Source of the DNA: Candidatus Hermodarchaeota archaeon
GTDB lineage: Archaea > Asgardarchaeota > Hermodarchaeia > Hermodarchaeales > Hermodarchaeaceae
Direction of reading: 5' to 3'
DNA: 64,000 nucleotides
Assembly (NCBI GenBank): GCA_016839805.1
Contig: JAEOTO010000032.1
Coordinates: 160,001-224,000, forward strand
Shown: piece by piece, positions 60,721-64,000 of the stretch
Position numbering within the stretch: position 1 is the first letter of the stretch
Layout: each line of letters starts with the position of its first letter
Translations under genes and position numbers: made by a program
Notes under the pieces: model-generated
Databases searched by the model: none
What the model was told of the DNA's origin: nothing
The model's input: the letters and a program-made list of their open reading frames with translations, nothing else

Positions 60721-61866
60721 CTAATTCTTTGAACTGGCTAGCGCTTTTAATCGGGAAAGCATCCTTTTCGGGTGAATAACTTCTGCCCAGCGCTTTCTCT
60801 TTCCAATCTCAACATGTACTAAAGTGTCTGATTTCCTAAAGGCACGTTGGACATAACCCAAACCAACGCCTTTTTTAATTAATGGTGAGATTGAGCCACT
60901 TGTGACCTCCCCGATCATTTCGCCTTTTGAAGAAATTGGGTTTCCTGTTCGGGGGATACCTTTTCCTAGCATAATGAGCCCAATGCGTAATTGTTGAGGC
61001 TTTTCTTGTTTTTCGGTTACTAGTGCTTCTCTTCCAAGAAACGTTTTTTTCTTTAAATGGACGATAAAACCAATACGGGCTTGGTATGGTGAAGTCTGTT
61101 CATTAATGTCGTTACCATAAAGAACCATCCCCGCTTCTAAGCGTAATGTGTCACGGGCTGCTAATCCAACAGGGACAAGTCCCTCTTCTTGTCCTTTATC
61201 CAGAATTCTGTTCCATAGATTAACCGCCTTTTCCTTTTCATCGAGACTCACATTTAGTTGGGCAATTTCAAACCCATCTTCACCGGTATATCCACTACGT
61301 GTAGCAATGACTTCATGCCCGTCTAGCTTTATCTGAATAGAACTAAAACGTGGCACAGATGACAAGTCAGTCGTAGTCAGTTTTTGCAGGATCATAACTG
61401 CGGCTGGCCCCTGGAGAGCAAACATCGGAGTAATGTCAGAGATATTAGCGACTTTTACTTTAAACCCGTCTGCATGTTTATTCATCCATGCAAAGTCTTT
61501 CTTGCGATTAGCACCATTTACTACAACATAATATTCATTTTCGGCGAGACGAAATAGGAAAAGGTCATCTACGATTCCTCCCTTCATTGTACAAAAAGTG
61601 CTATACGTTCCTTCCCCTGTTTCTAGTCGCTGAATTCGAGTAGGCAAGAGATACTCTAGATATTGAGTTGCTTCGGGACCTGTAATCATAGCTCTACCCA
61701 TATGGGTAACATCGAAAATTCCCGCGGCTGTCCGTGTAGCAAGATGTTCGGGAACGGCTGCCTTGTACCACAAAGGCATATGAAAACCAGCGAACTCAAC
61801 CATTTTTGCGCCATGTGCTACATGCCAATCGTGCAAATGGGTTGTTAATAACTGTGAGCTCGTCAT
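60721..61866 (-). CDS. gcvT: Glycine cleavage aminomethyltransferase T
   Basis: FAGFHMP, FDVTHMG, GYTGEDGFE, GLAARDTLRLEAG. Confidence 0.96.
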   Translation of the reverse strand: MTSSQLLTTHLHDWHVAHGAKMVEFAGFHMPLWYKAAVPEHLATRTAAGIFDVTHMGRAMITGPEATQYLEYLLPTRIQRLETGEGTYSTFCTMKGGIVDDLFLFRLAENEYYVVVNGANRKKDFAWMNKHADGFKVKVANISDITPMFALQGPAAVMILQKLTTTDLSSVPRFSSIQIKLDGHEVIATRSGYTGEDGFEIAQLNVSLDEKEKAVNLWNRILDKGQEEGLVPVGLAARDTLRLEAGMVLYGNDINEQTSPYQARIGFIVHLKKKTFLGREALVTEKQEKPQQLRIGLIMLGKGIPRTGNPISSKGEMIGEVTSGSISPLIKKGVGLGYVQRAFRKSDTLVHVEIGKRKRWAEVIHPKRMLSRLKALASSKN

Positions 61867-61935
61867 AATGCTGACCTCTTTGAAACGGTCGAGTTCTTAT
61901 TTAAGCAAGTGGCATTAAGTTTTCGGTGACTACAA

Positions 61936-62772
61936 ATGGGTCCCTTCCAAGCACAACTTGGTCCTGTAACAGTTGGTGATCATGAAGACGTTGCAGTCAT
62001 GGGTATTATAAATCTGGATCCTTACTCCTTTTATCAACCATCTTATTTTGCCTCTTCGAAAGAGGCTCTTTCCGCAGCTAAAATGATGATCGAGGAAGGC
62101 GCTGATATCATTGACGTTGGAGGTGTATCCACAGCACCTGGGTCTCCAGAAGTATCCGTTGACACCGAAAAGCGTCGTGTTGCCACGATTATCCAACAGA
62201 TAGCACAAAATTGGGATATCCCAATTTCTATTGACACCCAACGGACTCAAGTCGTTCAAACTGCAATAAGGTATGGAGCCACTATTGTTAACGATGTATC
62301 TGGCTTGAAATATGACCCTGATATGGCAAAGACGATTCAGGATAGTGGTGTAAGCTGTGTGTTAATGGCGGCAGGAAATCGACCTGGAGATCGGGCCACA
62401 CTTCCTGAGATCATCTCGGCATTAGAGGATAGTCTTCAAATAGCTTTGTCTGCAGGAATTCCTTCTAACCACATCGTCGTGGATCCAGGGATTGGATTTG
62501 GCAAACCTTTCAAATGCGATCTTGAAATACTCCGAAATCTTCGGCGGTTTCGTGTTCTCGAACAACCAATTCTGCTTGGCGTATCAAGAAAGCATTTCAT
62601 CGGTGAAGTGCTTGGTTACTCTTCGCCGCATGATCGGCTCTATGGGACTCTTGCTGCTTTGACAATAGCGCTCCAGGAAGGAGTGCACGTTATTCGGACC
62701 CATGATATCCTTGCAGCACAAGACTGTGTAAAGATGGTTAATGCCCTTCTGTCAAACAAAGAGGGTGAATGA
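61936..62772 (+). CDS. folP: Dihydropteroate synthase
   Basis: MGIINLDPYSF, DVGGVST, ISIDT, NDVSG, DPGIGFGK, SRK, RTHD. Confidence 0.93.
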   Translation: MGPFQAQLGPVTVGDHEDVAVMGIINLDPYSFYQPSYFASSKEALSAAKMMIEEGADIIDVGGVSTAPGSPEVSVDTEKRRVATIIQQIAQNWDIPISIDTQRTQVVQTAIRYGATIVNDVSGLKYDPDMAKTIQDSGVSCVLMAAGNRPGDRATLPEIISALEDSLQIALSAGIPSNHIVVDPGIGFGKPFKCDLEILRNLRRFRVLEQPILLGVSRKHFIGEVLGYSSPHDRLYGTLAALTIALQEGVHVIRTHDILAAQDCVKMVNALLSNKEGE

Positions 62773-62775
62773 AAT

Positions 62776-63555
62776 ATGGAGCTCTATGGACTTTCAACAC
62801 CAATTATACAACCAGGTGATAATTTAGTTCGGATTGTCTTAACGGCTATGGACCAACAGGGATTAGTACCGAACACACATGATATCTTCGTAATAGCCGA
62901 AACGGTAGTTGCCACAAGCCAAAATCGAATTCGCGAATTAACAAAAGTAACAGTTACCCCACATGCTCTGGAACTTTCAGAGCAATATGGGCTAGATGCA
63001 TCCCTTGCCCAACTAATTCTAGACGAGGCTGATGAAATACTTGGTGGAGTCCCCCATGTGCTATTAACAATTAAAGATAACACCTTAATGGCAAATGCTG
63101 GAATCGATCGCTCAAATGCACCACCAGGTCATGTCGTCCTTCTACCCATTCAACCTACTGATGAAGCCTGGCGAATAAAAACCGAATTAGAAAACCAAAC
63201 CGGTCACGAGCTAGGAATAATTATTGCTGACAGCCGAACTCAACCACTCAGACTAGGAACGGTTGGGCTAGCTGTGGCAATCGCTGGGATTGAACCAGTC
63301 AAAGATTTTCGAGGGCATCCCGATTTGTATGGCACACCACTACGAATAACTCGCTCAGCAATAGCTGACAATCTTGCCTCGGCGGCTCAACTATTATTCG
63401 GTGAAGCCAATGAACAAGTACCCCTTGTGTTAATTCGAGGAGCACCCGTAACTTTTACAAAAAAACGGATACAACCAGAATCAATGACCATCGATCGACA
63501 AGATTGCTTGTACATGACGATATTCAAAGATTATAGTGATTCAATTAGAATCTGA
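62776..63555 (+). CDS. cofE: CofE-family gamma-glutamyl ligase
   Basis: PIIQPGDNL, ANAGIDRSN, IIADS, DLYG, DNLASAA, GEANE. Confidence 0.9.
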   Translation: MELYGLSTPIIQPGDNLVRIVLTAMDQQGLVPNTHDIFVIAETVVATSQNRIRELTKVTVTPHALELSEQYGLDASLAQLILDEADEILGGVPHVLLTIKDNTLMANAGIDRSNAPPGHVVLLPIQPTDEAWRIKTELENQTGHELGIIIADSRTQPLRLGTVGLAVAIAGIEPVKDFRGHPDLYGTPLRITRSAIADNLASAAQLLFGEANEQVPLVLIRGAPVTFTKKRIQPESMTIDRQDCLYMTIFKDYSDSIRI

Positions 63556-63702
63556 GCATTTGAAAAGGCGGAGAACGGCTCAGTACTCAAGATCCTTATC
63601 ATCCCTAATAGCACGCTACAGGTCGTAAGGGTCAGGTCTTCACAGCCAATCTCCAATAAGAATCATATTTTCCTTCCTTTTATGCATTCGCAAAAGAAAA
63701 TA

Positions 63703-63807
63703 TGGTGCGGCTTCCGGGATTTTCGGTGACTTTACAAAGCAGTCAAGCATTCGAACCCGGGTCTCAGGCGTGGGAGGCCTGGGTCATAACCACTAGACAA
63801 AAGCCGC
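63703..63807 (-). tRNA. tRNA-Gly(CCC) with a 30-nt T-loop (59/60) intron (63720-63749)
   Basis: GCGGCTT acceptor, loop CTCCCAC, BHB TTCG-AAT...CGAA-AAT. Confidence 0.92.
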
Positions 63808-63941
63808 ATGGTTCTAATGTGAAGAAGTACCAAGTAAACCTAAAATCATTTTGGTAGATTAATCCTTAGATAACCTATTTTACACCTAAAATGGAAAAAA
63901 ATCTATGAATAGTGTCACGTCCTCACAAGAAGGAATCTATC

Positions 63942-64000
63942 ATGTCTTCCAAAGTTGAAGAGATTGCTATCATCGCCATCATCATTGGTATTGTTTTGAT
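63942..64000 (+). CDS. Start of a membrane or secreted protein (truncated)
   Basis: MSSKVEEIAIIAIIIGIVL..., preceded by AAGGA. Confidence 0.5.
   Translation, partial: MSSKVEEIAIIAIIIGIVL

Noticed and set aside
857-63083. Numerous 60-150 aa ORFs antisense or out-of-frame within well-supported genes
   Set aside because: Shadow ORFs with no motifs, fully nested in conserved CDSs.

Overview
Archaeal chromosomal window, most likely from an Asgard archaeon. Markers are eS25, an OSTC/DC2-like OST subunit, a roadblock protein plus MglA-like GTPase, an EF-2 outside the str operon, and cdrS-ftsZ. It holds a replication origin (three full ORB boxes beside cdc6/orc1 and near PolD DP1), RFC, a second cdc6, RadB, XPD, a Tad/Flp pilus locus, fumarase plus thiol:fumarate reductase, valS, aRF1, pyrH, gcvT, folP-cofE and six tRNAs. 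Four of the tRNAs carry five bulge-helix-bulge (BHB) introns. Top observations: (1) the EF-2 gene is split in its RGITI switch-I motif by a 31-nt insert with BHB geometry whose predicted splice exactly restores the frame, i.e. a candidate endonuclease-spliced mRNA intron; (2) phased 9-bp WTCAWTGAW arrays recur over about 9 kb next to oriC, around an AAA+ ATPase / tail-RHH gene pair, i.e. a candidate new centromere-like partition or origin-control system; (3) a tandem-roadblock / DENN(folliculin)-like / MglA-type GTPase operon. All calls are from reading the sequence by eye; no searches were run.
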